NCBI RefSeq assembly: GCF_009914755.1
Contig: NC_060940.1
DNA from: the human T2T-CHM13v2.0 reference genome, Homo sapiens
Strand: one strand, 5' to 3'
DNA length: 64,000 bases
The translations under genes and the position numbers were made by a program. Within the stretch, counting starts at the first letter, position 1. Each line of letters begins with the position of its first letter. Shown one piece after another: positions 43,601 through 58,600 of the stretch. Below the pieces are notes generated by a model that had not been told where the DNA came from, made no database searches, and saw only the letters and a program-made list of their open reading frames with translations.

Positions 43601-46600
43601 TTAAACCATACTTTTGATTCAGCAGTTTGGGAACACATTTTTTGTCCAATGTGCAAATGGACAATTGGGAGCTCATTGAGGAAAATGGAAAAAGGGGAAT
43701 ATCCCAGGTTAAAAACTACAAGAAAGCTATCTGAGAAACTATTTTGTCATGTGTGCATTCACCTCACAAAGTTAAACCTTTCTTTTCATTCAGCATTTTG
43801 GAAACACTGTGTTTGTACGATTGGTGAAGGGATATTTGAGAGTATGTTGCACCCTATGGTGAAAAAGAAAATATCTTCAGATAAAAACTAGAAGGAACCT
43901 TTCTGAGAAACCACTTTGTGATGTGTGCATTCGTCTCACAGAGTTAAACCTTTCTTTTGATTCAGCACTTTGGAAACACTGTTTTCATCCTTTCTATGAA
44001 TGGTCATTTGGAAGCTCATTGAGGCCAGTGGTGAAAAAGCTAATATCCCAGGATAAAAACTAGAATAAATCTATCTGAGAAACCACATTGTGATGTGTGC
44101 ATTTGTCCCACAGATTTAAACCTTTGTTTTTCATGCTGCAGTTTTGAAACACTGTTGTAGAATCTGTGCAGGACTATTTGTGTGTACATTGAGGCCTAAG
44201 GTGAAGAAGAAAATATCTTCAGATAAAAACTGGAAAGAAGCTTTCGGAGAAACTGCTTTGTGATGTGTGCATTCATCTCACAGAGTTAAAACTTTCTGTT
44301 GATTCAGCAGTTTGGAATAACTGTTTTTGTCAATTCTGCAAATGGACGTTTGGGAGCTCATTCAGGCCAAAAGCAAAAAAAAGTGAATATCCCAGAATAA
44401 AAATTAGAAGAAAGCTGTCTGAGAAACTGCATTGTGATGTGTGCATTCAACATGCAGCGTTAAACCTTTCTTTTCTTTGAGCAGTTTGGAAACGCTGTTT
44501 TAAAGAATCTGCGAAGGGATATTTGGGAGCCCATATAGACCTAGGTTGAAAATATCTTCAGATAGAAACTAGAAAGAAGCTTTCTGAGAAGCAGCATTTT
44601 GATGCATGCATTCATCTCACGGAGTTACCACTTTCTTTTGATTCAGTGGTTTCAAAACACAGTTTTTGTCCATTCTGCAAATTGACATTTGGGAGTTCGA
44701 GGCCAGTGGTGAAAAAGCATATCCTAGGATAAAAACTAGAAGGAAGCTGTCTCAGAAACGGTTTTTTGATGTGTGCATTCATCTCGCAGATTTAAACCTT
44801 TCTTTTCCTTCAGGAGTTTGGAAACACTGTTTTTGTCCATTCTGTGAATGAACATTTGGGAGCTCATGGAGGCCAATAGCAGAAAAGTGAATACCCCTGG
44901 ATAAAAACAAGAAAGAAGATATCAGAGAAAAGGCATTGTGATGTGTGCCTTCATTTTGCAGAGATAAACCTTTCTTTTCATTCAGCATTTTAAAAACCCT
45001 ATTTTTGAAGAATCAGGAAAGGGATATTTGGGAGCACATTGAGGCCTATGGTGAAAAGGAAAATATCTTCAGATAAAAATTAGAAAGAAGCTTTATGAGA
45101 AACTGCTTGGTGATGTGTGCATTCATCTCATAGAGTTTCACTTTCTTTCAGTTCAGCAGTTTAAAAATTCTGTTTTTGTCCATTCTGTGAATGGACATTT
45201 TGAATCTCATTGAAGCCAGTGGTGAAAAACTGAATATCTCAGGAAAAAAATTAGAATGAAGCTGTCTAAAAACCCACTTTGTGTTGTGTGCATTAACCTC
45301 AAAGAGTTAAACTTTTCTTTTCATTCAGCAGTTTGGAAACACTGTTTATGTAGAATATGCCAAAGAATATATGGGAGCATATTGAGGCCTATGTTGCAAA
45401 GGAAAATATCTTCAGATAAAAACTAGAAGGAAGCTATCTGAGAAACTGCTTTGTGATGTGTGCATTCATCTCACAGAGTTAAAACTTCCTTTTTACTGAG
45501 CAATTGGGAAACCCTGTTTTTGCCCATTCTTTGAATGGACATTTTGGAGATCTTTGAGGCCACTGGTGAAAAAACGAATATCCCAGGATAAAAAATAGAA
45601 TGAAGCTATCTGAGAAACCCCTTTGTGGTGTGCACATTCATCTCACACAGATAAACCTTTCTTTTCATTCAGCAGTTTTGAAAGGCTGTTTTGTAGAATC
45701 TTCAAAGTGATACTTGGGAGGGCATACAGGCCTATGTTGAAAAAGAAAATATCTTCACACAACAAAAATAAAGAAAGTTTCTGAGAAACTCCTTTGTGAT
45801 GTGTGTATTTGCCTCACAGATTTTAACTTTTCTTTTCATTCAGGAGTTTGGAAAAACTGTTTTTGAAGAATCTGCAAAGGGTTACTTGGGAGTGCATTGA
45901 GGCTATGGTGAAAAAGAGACTGTATTCATATAAATAGTAGAAAGAAGCTTTCTGAGAAACTGCTTTGTGATTTGTCCATTCAACTCACAGAGTTAGACAT
46001 TTCTTTTGACTTAGCAATTTGTAACACTGTTTTTTTGTCCATTCTGTGAATGGGTATTTGAGAGCTCATTGAGGTCAATGGCAAAAAAAGCAAATATCCC
46101 AAGATAGAAATTAGAAGAAAACTATCTGAGAAACCACTTTGAGATGTGTGCATTCATCTCTCAGAGTTAAACTTTCTTTTCATTCAGCAGTTGGCAAACA
46201 CTGTTTTTGTAAAACTTGCACAGGTATATTTGGGAGCCTATGATGAAAAAGAAAATACCTTTATGTAAAAACTAGAAAGAAGCTTTCTGAGAAACTGATT
46301 TTTGATGTGTGCCTTCATCTCACAGAGTTAAACCTTTCTTTTCATTCAGCATTATGGAAACACTGTTTATCTAGAATCTGTGAAGGGATATTTGGGAGCA
46401 CATTGAGGCCTATGGTGAAAAAGAAAATATCTTCAGGTAAAAACTGGAACTAAACTTCCTGAGAAACTCCTCTGTGATGTGTGCATTCATCTCACAGAGT
46501 TAAACCATTCTCACTCAGCAGTTTAGAAACACTATTTTTGCCTATTCTTTGAATGGACTTTTTGGAGCTTATTGAGGCTAATGACAAAAAAGCAAATATC

Positions 46601-49600
46601 CCTAAATAAAAAATTGAAGGAAGCTATCTGAGAAACCACATTGCAATGTTTGGATTCATCTCACAGAGTTAAACTTTCATTTTCATTCAGCTGTTTGGAA
46701 ACACTGTTTTTGTAGTAACTGCAAAGGGACATTTGGGAGCACATTCAAGCCTATGGTGAAAAAGAAAATAAATTCAGATTAAAAACTAGAAAGAGGATTT
46801 CTGAGAAACTGCTTTCTGATGTGTGCACATAAATTGTCTTACAGAGTTAAACCTTTCATTTGATTCAGCAGTTTGGAAACACTGTTTTTCTCCATTCTGC
46901 AAATGGACATTTGGGTGCTCATGGAGGCCGATGGCAAATAAGAAAATATCCCCAGAAAAAACTAGAAGGAAACTATCTTAGAATCCTCTTTGTGATGTAT
47001 GCAGTCATCTCACAAAATTAAACTTTTTTTCATTCAGCAGTTTGGAAACACCACTTTTTCCTTTCTGTCAATGGACATTTGGGAGCGCATTGAAGCCAAT
47101 GGCAAAAAAGCACATATCAAAGGATACACACTAGAAGGAAGATGTCTGAGAAACCACTTTGAGATGTGTGCATTCATCTCAGAGAATTAAACCTTTCTGT
47201 TCTCTTTTTAAATTTTACTTTAAGATCTAGGGCACAAGTGCACAATGTGCAGGTTTGTTACATATGTATACATGTGCCATGTTGGTGTGTGCACCCGTTA
47301 AATCATCATTTATATTAAGTATATCTCCTAATGCTATCCCTGCCCCCTCCACCGTCCCCATGACAGGCCCTGGTGTGTGATGTTCCCCTTCCTGTGTCCA
47401 AGCGTTCTCATGGTTCAATTCGCACCTATGAGTGAGAACATGCAGTGTTTGGTTTTCTGTCCTTGTGATAGTTGGCTGAGAATGATGGTTTCTGCACGAG
47501 AATGGTGGAATCTGCACAGGGATATTTGGGGTTGCATTGAAGCCTACGTTGAAAAAAGTGAACATCCCAGAATGAAAACTAGAAGGAAGCTATCTGAGAA
47601 ACCACTTTGTGATTGGTTCATTCATCTCACAGAATTAAACCATTATTTTCATTCAACAATTTGGAAACAATGCTTTTCTGGATCTGCAAAGGGCTATTTG
47701 GGAGAGCATTGAGTCCTATGGTGAAAAATAAAATATCTTCACATAAAAACAATAAAGAAGATTTCTGAGAAACTGCTTTGTCATGTGTGCATTCAACTCT
47801 CAGAAATAAAAATTTCTTTTGATTCAGCAGTTTGGAAATACTGTTTTTGTTCCTTCTGTGAATGGATATTTGGGAGCTTTTTGATGCCAATGGTGAAAAA
47901 GAAAATATCCCAGGATAAAAACTAGAAGGAAGCTATCTAGAAACCACCTTGTGATATGTGCATTCATCCCTCAGAGTTAAACCTTTCTTTTCAGTGAGCA
48001 GTTTTGAAACAGTATATTTTAGAATCTGCAAAGGGACTTTTAGGAGTGCATTGAGGACTATGGTGAAAAAAGAAATATCTTCAGATAAAAACCAGAAAGA
48101 AGCTTTCTGAGAAACTGCTTTGTTATGTATAAATTCCTCTCACACAGTTACACCTCTCTTTACATACAAAAATTTGTAAACACTGTTTTTGTCCATTTCT
48201 GTGAATGTATATTTGGGAGCTCATTGAGGCCAATGGAAAAAATGAATATGCTTGGATCAAAACTACAAGGAAGCTATCTCAGAAACTGCTTTGTGATGTC
48301 TGCATTAGTCTCACAGAGTGAAGCCATTCTTTTCATTCAGCAGTTTGGAAACACTGTTTCTGTAGAATCTGTGAAGGGATATTTGGGAGCGTATTGAGGC
48401 CTATGGTGAAAAAGAAAATATCTTCAGATGAAAACTAGAAAGAAGCTTTCTGAAAAACTGCTTTGGGAGGTGCGCATTCATCTCACAAATTTAAACCTTT
48501 CTTTTGATTCGGCAGTTTGGAAACTGTATTTCTCCGTTGGATAAATGGACATTTGGGAGCTCATTGAGGCCAATTGTGAAAAAGCAAATATCCCAGGATA
48601 AAATCTCGAAGGAAGCTGTCTGAGAATCTGCTTTGTCATGTGTACCTTCATCTCACAGAGTTAAACCTTTCTATTCTTTCAACAGTTGGAACACTATTTT
48701 TAAAAAGTCTGTGATGGGATATTTGGGAGTGCATTGAGACCTATTGTGAAAAAGAAAATGTCTTCAGAAAAAAACCAGAAAGAAGTTTTCTGAGAAACTG
48801 CTTTGTGATGTGTGCATTCCTCTCAGAGAGCTAAACCTTTCTTTTGATTCAGTAGTTTGGAAAAACTGATTTTGTCCATTCTGTGAATGGACATTTGGGA
48901 GATCATTGAAGCCAATGGTCAGAAATAAAATCTCCCATGATAAAAAATAGAAGGAAGCTATCTGAGAATCCACTTTGTCATGTGTGGATTCACCTCGCAG
49001 AGTTAAACCTTTCTATTCATTCAGCAGTTTGGAAACACTGTTTTTAAAGAATATGCAATTTGATATTTGGAAGCTCATTGAGGACTATGGTGAAAAAGAA
49101 AATATCTTCAGATAAAAACTAGAAGGAAGCTTTCTGAGAAACTGCTTTGTGAAGTTTGCATTCATCTCATAGAGTTAAACCATTCTTTTGATTCAGCAGT
49201 TTGGAAACACTCTTTTTGTCAATTCTGCATATGAACACTGGGATCTCGGTGAGGCCAATGGCAAAAAAGTGAACATCCCAGGAAAAAAACTAGAAGAAAT
49301 ATATCTGAGACACCGCTTCACAAAGGGTACGTTCATCCCACAGAGTTAAACCTTTTTTATTTTCCATTCAGCAGTTTGGAAACACTGTTTTTGTATAATC
49401 TGCAAAGGGATATTTGGGAGCACCTTGAGGTCTATGGTGAAAATAAAGTAAATTCAGATAAAAACTAGAAGAAGCTTTCTGAGAAACTGCTTTCTGATAT
49501 GTGCATTCATCTCACAGAGTTAAACTTTCTTTGATTCAGCTGTTTTGAAACACTGTTTTTGTCCATTCTGTGAACGGACATTTGGGAGCTCATTGAGGCC

Positions 49601-52600
49601 AACATCAAAATATTGAATATCCCATGATAAAAACTACAATAAAGCAGTCTGAGAAACCGTTTTGTGATGTGTGCATTCATCTAACAGAGAAAAACCTTTC
49701 TTTTGATTCAGCTGTTTGGAAACACCGTGATTGTCCATTGTGCGAATGGATATCTGAGTGCTCATTCAGTCCAATAGCGAAAAAGCAATTATCCCAGGAT
49801 AAATAGTGGAAGGAAGCTGTCTTAGAAACCACTTTGTGATGTGTCCATTCATCTCCCACAGTTAAACCTTTCTTTTGATACATCACTTTGGAAACACTGT
49901 TTTTGTACAATCTGGGAAGGGGTATTTTGGAGTGCATTGAGGTCTATGGTGAAAAAGAAAATACGTTCAGTTGAAAACTAGAAAGAAGTTTTCTGAGAAA
50001 CTGCTTTGTGAGGTGTGCATTCATCTCACAGTGTAAAACCTTTCTTTAGATTCAGCAGTTTGGAAACACTGTTTTTGTCCATTCTGCCAATGGACATTTG
50101 GGAGCACATTGAGGCCAATAGCAAAAAAGTGAGTATCCCACAGTAAAAACTAGAAGGAAGCAAACTGAGAAACCAGTTTGCGTTGTGTGCAAACTGCCTC
50201 CCACAGTTAAACTTTTCTTTTGATTCAGCAGTTGGAGACACTGTGTTTGTCCATTCTGTGAATGCACTTTTGGGAGCTCATTGAGGCCAATGGTGAAAAA
50301 AGCAAATATCCCAGGATGAAAACTGGAAGGAAGCTATCTGAGAAACTGCTTCATGATGTGTGCATTCATAAGTCAGTGTTAAACATTTCTTTACATTTAG
50401 CAGTTTGGAAACACTGTTTTTGTAGAATCTGTGTAAGGATATTTGGAAATGCATTGAGGTATATGGTGAAAAAGAACATATCTTCAAATAAACTTAGAAA
50501 GAAACTTTCTGAGAAACTGCTTTGTGACATGTGGATTTATCTCACAGAGTTAAAACTTTTTCTCATACAGCTCTTTTCAAACACTGTTTTTGTCCATTCT
50601 GCAAATGGACATTTGGGAGCTCATTGAGGACAATGGCGAAAAAGTGAATATCCCAGAATAAAAACAAGAAGGAAGCTGCCTTAGAAACCATAATGTGATG
50701 TGTGCATTCATCTCACATAGTTAAACCTTTCTTTTGATACAGCAGTTCAGAAACACTTTTTGTCCATTCTGCAAATGGACATTTGGGAGCTCTTTGAGGT
50801 CCATGGCAAAAAAGTGAATATCCAAGGTTAAAAACTGGAAGGAATCTATCTGAGAGCCTGCTTTATGATGTGAACATTCATCTTGCAGAGTTAAACTATT
50901 TTTGATTGAGCAGTTTGTAAACTCTGTTTTTGTCCATTCTGTGAATGAACACTTGGGAGCTCATTGAGGCCAATGGTGAAAAAGTTAATATCCCAGGATA
51001 AAAACCAGTAGGAAGATATCTGAGAAATAACTTAGTGATGTACACATTCGTTTGGCAGAATTAAACCTTTATATTTATTCAGTAGTTTGGAAGCACGGTT
51101 TTTGTAGAATCTGTGAAGGGATCTTAGGGAGCACATTCAGGCCTTCAGTGAAAAAGAAAATATATTCAGATAAAAACCAGAAAGAAGATTTCAGTGAAAC
51201 AGCTTAGTGATGTGTGAATTCATCTCACAGAGTTAAAAAAATTCTATCATTCAGCAATTTGGAAACACTGTTTTTGTAGAACCTTCAAAGGGATATTTGG
51301 GAACACATTGAGGCCTATAGTGAAAAACAAAGTATATTCAGATGAAAATTAGAAAGAAGCTCTCTAAGAAACTGCTTTGTGATGTGTGCATTCATCTCAC
51401 AGAGTTAAACTTTTCTTTTGATTCAGCAGTTTGGAAAAACTGTTATTGTCCATTTTGTGAATGGACATTTTGGAGCTCACTGATGTCAATGATGAAAAAG
51501 CAAATATCACAAGATAAAATCTAGAAAGAAGCTATCTGGAAACTGCTTTGTGATGTGTGCATTCACATCACAGAGACAAACGTTTCCTTTCATTCAGTAA
51601 TTTGGAAACACTGTTTTTGTCCATTCTGGAAATGAACTATTGTAAGCTCATTGAGGCCAAAGGTGAAAAAGCGAATATTCCAGGATAAAACCTTGAAGGA
51701 AGCTATCTGAGAAACCACTTTGTGATGTGTGCATTCATCTCACAGAGTTAACCTTTCTATATGTTTAGCAGTTTCAAAACACTATTTTGTAGAATATGCA
51801 AAGGGATATGTGGGAGCGCATCAAAGCCTCTGGTGAAAAAAAAATCCTCAGAAAGGAACCAGAAAAAAGCTTTCTGAGAAACTGGTTTTTGATGTGGGTA
51901 TTCATCTTAAAGAGTTAAACCTTTCTTTTGATTCAGCAGTTTGCAAGCACTGTTTTTCTCCTTTCCACGAATGGACATTTTGGGGCTCATTGAGGCCAAT
52001 GGCGAAAAAGCAAATATCCCAGTATAAAAAGGAGAAGGACACAGATTTGTGATGTGTGAATTCATCTCACAGATTTAAATTTTCTTTTGAATCAGCAATT
52101 TGGAAACACTATTTTTGTAAAACCTGTGAAGGGATATTTGGAAGTGCATGGAGGCCTATGGTGAAAAAAACTATTTTCAGATAAAAACTAGAAAGAAACT
52201 TTCTGAGAAACTGCTTTTTGATATGTGCATTCATCTCACAGATTTAAAATTTTCTTTTGATTCAGCAGTTTGGAAACACTGTTTCTGTCCATTCTATGAA
52301 AGGACATTTGAAAGCTCATCAAGGCCAACAAAGACAAAGAGACTATCCCAGGAAAACAACTAGAAAGAAGCTATCTGAGAAACTGCTTTGTTATGTGTGC
52401 ATTCATCTCACAGGTCTACATCTTTCTTTGGTTCAGCAGTTTGGAAACACTGTTTCCGTCCATTCTGCAAAAGGATATATGAAGGCTCATTGAGGCCAAT
52501 GGTGAAAAAGCTAATATCCAAGGATAAAAACTGGAAGGAATCTATCTGAAAAAATGCTTTGTGATGTCTGCATTCATCTTGCAGAGTTAAACTTTTCTTT

Positions 52601-55600
52601 TGATTGAGTAGTTTGGAAACTCTGTTTTTGTCCATTCTGCAAGTGGACACTTAGAAACTCATTGAGGCCAATTGCAGAAAAGTGAATATCCCATTATAAA
52701 AGCTAGTATGAAGCTATCTGAAACACGGCTTTGTGATGTGTGCACTCATCTTGCAGAATTAAACTTGCCTTTTCATTCAGCAGTTTGGAAGCACTGTTTT
52801 TGTAGAATCTTCAAAGGGATATTTGGGAGTGCATTGAGGCCTACATTGAAAAAGAAAATATCTTCAGATAAAAACTGGAAGGAATATCCCAGGAAAAAAC
52901 CTAGAAGAACCTATCTGAGAAACTGCTTTACAAAGTGTGCATTCATCTACCAGAATTAAATCTTTTTTTCATTCAACAATATGGAAACACTGCTTTTGTA
53001 GAATCTGTGAAGGGATATTTTGGAGTGTCTTGAAGTCTATGGTGAAAAAGAAAGTAAATTCAGATAAAAACTAGAAGAAGTTTTCAGATAAACTGCTTTC
53101 TGATGTGTGCATTCATTCCACAGAGTTAAATATTTATTTGATTCAGCAGTTTTGAAACACTGTTTTTGTCCATTCTGTGAATGGACATTTGGAAGCTTAT
53201 TGAGGCCAATGTTGAAACAGCAAATATCCCAAGATTAAAACTACAATAAAGCAGTGTGAGAAACTGCTTGGTGATATGTGCATTCATCTAGCAGAGATAA
53301 ATCTTTCTTTTTGATTCAGCTGTTTGGAAACACTGTGATTGTCAATTCTCTGAATGGACACTTGGTATGTCATTGAGGCCAATGGAGAACAAATGAATAT
53401 CACAGGATAAAAACTAGTAGGAAAATATCTGAGAAAACCCTTTGTGATGTACGCATTCATCTGGCAAAATTAATCCTTTATTTCATTCAGCAGTTTGGAA
53501 GCACGGTTTTTGGAGAATCTGCAAAGGGATCTTAGGGAGCACATTCAGGCCTACAGTGGAAAAGAAAATATCTTCAGGTAAAAACTAGAAAGAAGGTTTT
53601 GGTGAAACAGCTTTGTGATGTGTGCTTTCATCTCACAGAGTTAACCATTTTATCATTCAGCAGTGTGGAAACACTGTGTTTGGAGAATCTTTGAGGTTAT
53701 ATTTGGGAGCACATTGAAGCTAATTGTGAAAAAGAAAGTATATTCAGGTAAAAACTAGAAAGAAGCTCTATAAGAAACTGCTTTGTGATGTTTGCATTCA
53801 TCTCACGGAATTAAACTTTTCTTTTGATTCAGCACTTTGGAAACACTGTTTCTGTCCATTCTGCAAACGGACATTTTGGAGCTCATTGAGGCCAGTGTTG
53901 AAAAAGTAAATAACCCAGGATAAAATCTGGAATGAAGCTATCTGGAAACCGCTTTCTGGTGTGTGCATTCATCGCACAAAGATAAAATTGTTTTTTCATT
54001 CAGCAATTAGGAAACATTGTTTTTGTCCATTCTGTGAATGGACATTTGGGAGCTTATTGAGGCCAATGGCAAAAAGGTGAATTTTCCAGGATAAAAACTA
54101 GAAGGAAGCTATAGAAGAAACCACTTTGTGACGCGTGCATTTATCTCACAGAATTAACTTTCCTATACATTCAGCAGTTTGGAAACACTATTTTTGTAGA
54201 ATCTACAAAGGGATATGTTGTACTGCATCGAAGGCTCTGGTGAAAAAAAAATATCCTCAGACAAAAACTAGAGAAAAGCTTTCTGAGAAACTGGTTTTTT
54301 AGGTTGGCATTTATCTCATAGAGTTAAGCCTTTCTTTTGATTCAGCAGTTTGCAAACACTGTTTTTGTCTATTCTGCAAATGGACATTTGGGAGCTCATT
54401 GAGGCCAATTGAGAAAAAGCAAATATTCCAGGATTAAAACTAGAAGGAAGCTCTCTGAGAAACTGCTTTGTGATGTGTGCATTCATCCCTTTTCATTCAG
54501 CTGCTTGGAAACACTGTGTTTTTAGAATCTGCAAAGGGATATTTGGGAGGGCAATGAGGCCTATGGTGAAAAAGAAAATATCTTCAGATAAAAACTAGAA
54601 AGAAGCATTCTGCTTTGTGTTGTGTGCATTAATCTCACAGAGTTAAACTTTTCCTTGATTCACCAGTTTGGAAACACTCTTTCAGTCCATTCCGTGAAGG
54701 GACGCTGGGGAGCTGATTGAGGCCAATGGCAAAAAGGCGAGTATCCCAGGACAAAAACAAGAAAGAAACTATCTGACAAACGGCTTTGTGATGTGTGCTT
54801 CATCTCACAGAGATAAACCATCCTCTCATTCAGCAGTCTGAAAACTCTATTTTTCTAGAATCTGCAAAGGGATATTTGGGAGTACATTTTGTCCTATTGT
54901 GAAAAAGAAAATATCTTCAGGTAAAAGCCAGAAAGAAGCTTTTTGTGAAACTGCTTTCTGATGTGTGCATTGATCTCATGGAGTGAAAACTTTCTTTTGA
55001 TTCAGGAGTTTGGAAACACTGTTTCTGTCCATTCTGTGAATGGACTTTTGAAAAGTCATTGAGGTCAATCATGAAAAAGTGAATATCCCAGGATAAAAAC
55101 AAAAGGAAGCTATCTGAGAAACCGCTTTGTGATATATGCATTCATCTCACAGAATTAAAATTTGCTTTTCCTTCATTAGTTTGGAAACACTGTTTTTGCA
55201 GAATCTGTGAAGGCAAATTTAGGAGCATGTTGAGGCCTATGGTGGAAAAGAAAGTAAATTCAGATAAAAACGAGAAAGAAGCTGTCTGAGAAACTGCTTT
55301 GTAATGTGTGCATTCGTTTCACAGTGTTGAACTTTTCTTTTAATTCACCAGTTTGGAAACACTGTTTTTGTCCATTCTGCAAATGGATATTTGGCAGCTC
55401 AGTGAGGCCAAAGGAGAAAGAGTGAATATCCCATGATAAAAACTACAATGAAGTTATCTGGGAGACTGCCCTGTGATATGTGCATTCATCTCTCATTGTT
55501 AAAGGTTTCTTTTGATTCAGCAGTTTGGAAACACTGTTTTTTTAGTATCTTTGAAAGGCTATGTGGGAGAGCATTGAGGCCTGTGGTGAAAACAAAATAT

Positions 55601-58600
55601 CTTCAGATAAAAACTGGAAAGAAGCTTTCTGAGAAACTCCTTTTGATGTTTGCATTCATCTCACAGAGTTAAAACTTTCTTTTCATTCAGCAGTTTGGAA
55701 ACACTCTTTTTCTCCATCCTGCTATTGGACATTTCAGAGCTCAATGAGGCCGATGGCAAAAAAGTGAATATCCCAGGACAAAAACAAGAAGAAAGCTATC
55801 TGAGAAACCGCTTTGTCACATGTGCATCCATTTAGCAGAGTTAAGCTTTTCTTTTGCATTCAGATGTTTGGAAATAATGTTTTTCTAGAATCTGTGATGG
55901 GATTTTTGTGAGCTCATTAAGGCCTATGGTGAAAAAGGGAATATCACAGAACAAAAACTAGAAGGAAGCTATCTGAGAAACTACTTTGTGATGTGTAAAA
56001 CTGTCGTTTCATTCAGCACTTTGGAAACACTGTTTTTGTAGAATCTGAGAAGTGATATTTGGGAGTGCATTGGGGCATGTGGTGGAAAAGAAAATATCTT
56101 CAGATAAAAACTAGAAAGAAACTTTTTGAGAAACTACTTTGCAATGTGTGCATTCATCTCACAGAGGTAAAACCTTCTTTGGATTCAGCAATTTGGAAAC
56201 ACATTTTTTGTACATACTGTGAATGGATATTTGGGAGCTCTTTGAGGCCAATGTTGAAAAAGTAAATATTCCTAGATAAAAATTAGCAGGAAGGTAACTG
56301 AGAAATAACTTTGTGATAGGTGCATTCATGTCACAGACTTAAAACTTACTTTTGAGTCAGCCTTTTGGAAAAAGAGTTTATGTCCATTCTGAGAATGGAA
56401 ATTTGCATGCCCATTGAGGCCATTGCAAAAAACTGAATATCCCAGGATAAAAAGTAGAATTAACCTATCTGGAAACCGCTTTGTGATGTATGCATTCACC
56501 TGGCAGTGTTAAAACATTCTTTTGATTTAGCAGTTTGGAAACACTGTTTTCATTCATTCTGTGAATGGACATTTGGTTGCTCATTGATGCCAATTTCAAA
56601 AAAGTGAATAACCCAAAACAGAAACAACAAAGAAGCTATCTGAGAACCCACTTTGTGATGTGTGTATTCATCTCACAGTTAAACCTTTCTTTTCATTTAG
56701 AAGTTTGAAAACATTGTTTTTGTAGAATCTGCGAAGTGATAATTTGCAGTGCATTGAGGCCTGTGGTGAAAAAGGAAATATCTTCAGAAAGAAGCTTTCT
56801 GAGAAACTGCTTTTTGATGTGTGCATTTATCTCACAGAGTTAAACCTTTCTTTTGATTCAGCAGTTTGGAAACTGATGCCTATATTGAAAAGAATATGTT
56901 TACATAAAAACTGGAAAGAAACTTTCTGAGCAACTACTTTGTGACGTATGAATGAGGTATGAATTCATCTCACAGAATTAAACCTTTCTTTTGATTTAAT
57001 AGTATTGAAACACTGTTTTTGCCAATTCTGCAAAAGCAGATTTTGGAGCTCATTGAGGGCAATGATGAAAAAGTGGATATAACAGCATAAAAACTAGAAG
57101 GAAGCCATGTGAGACACAGCTTTGGGCTGCATGCATTCATATCCCAGAGATAAAACTGTCTTTCATTAAGTAGTTTGGAAACACTGTTTTTGTAGAAACT
57201 GTGAAGAGATATTTAGGAGCACAATGAGATCTATGGTAAAAAAGAAAATATCTTCAGATAAGAATTAGAAAGTAGTTTTATAAGAAACTGCTTTATGATG
57301 TGTTCATTCATCTTACAGAGTTCAACCTTTCTTTTGATTCACTAGTTTGGAAACACTTTTTGTCCATTCTGAAAATAAACATTTGTAGTCTCCCTGAGGC
57401 CAAAGGTGAAAAAGGAAACATCCCAGAATAAAAACTAGAAGGAAGCAATCCTACAAACTGCTCTGTGATGTGTGCATTGATTACAGAGAGTTAAACCTCT
57501 CTTTGGATTAAGCAGTCCGGAAACACTGTTTTTGTCCATTCTGCTAATGTACATTTGGGAGCTCGTTGAGGACAGTGGTGAAAAAGGAATAACCCCGGAT
57601 GACAATTAGGAGGAAGCTATCTGAGAAACTGCTTTGTGATGGATGTGGGCATTCATCTCACAGAGTTAAACCTTTCTTTTCATTCAGCAGTTGGAAACAC
57701 TGTTTTTGTCCATTCTGTGAATGGACATTTGGGAGCTCATGGAGGCCAAAGTTAAGTAGCAAATGTTCCCTGATAAAACTGGAAGGAACCTATATGAGAA
57801 ACTGCTTCGGTTATGTGCATACCTCACACAGAATTAAACCTTATTGAGGAGTTTGGAAACACTGTTTTGCAGAATCTGCAAAGGGATATTTTGCAGTGCA
57901 TTGAGGCCTGTGGTGAAAAAGGAAACACCTTCAGATAAAAACTAGAAAGAAGCTTTCTGAGAAACTGCATTTTTATGTGTGCATTTATCTCACAGTGTTA
58001 AACATTTCTTTTGATTCAGCATTTTGGAAACACTGTTTTTTTTTTTTTTTTTACATTCTGTGAATGGACGTTTTAGGACTCATTGAGGCCAATAGCGAAA
58101 AAGTGAATATCCGTGGCTATTCACTAGAAGGAAGCTATCTGAGAAACTGCTTTGTGATGTGTGCATTCACCTCACAGAGTTAAACCTTTGTTTTGATTCT
58201 GCTGTTTGGTAACACTGTTTTTGTAGAAACTGCAAAGGAATATTTGGATGTGCATTGAAGTCTATGGTGAAAATGAAAATATCTTCAGATAAAATCTAGA
58301 AAGAAGCTTTCTGAGAAACTGCTTTGTAATGTGTGCATTTATCTCATGAAGTTAATATTTTCTTTTGATTCAATAGTTTGGAAACACTGTTTATTTCCAT
58401 TCTGTGAATGGATGGAGCTCATTGAGTCAAATGGCAAAAATGGGAATATCCCAGGATAAAAACTACAAGGAAGCTAACGGTGAAACCACTTTTTGATGTG
58501 TGCATTCATCTCGCAGATTTAAACCTTTATTTCTTTCAGAAGTTAGGAAATACTGTTTTTGTAGAATCTGCAAAGGGATATTTGGGATCCTGCTGAGGCC

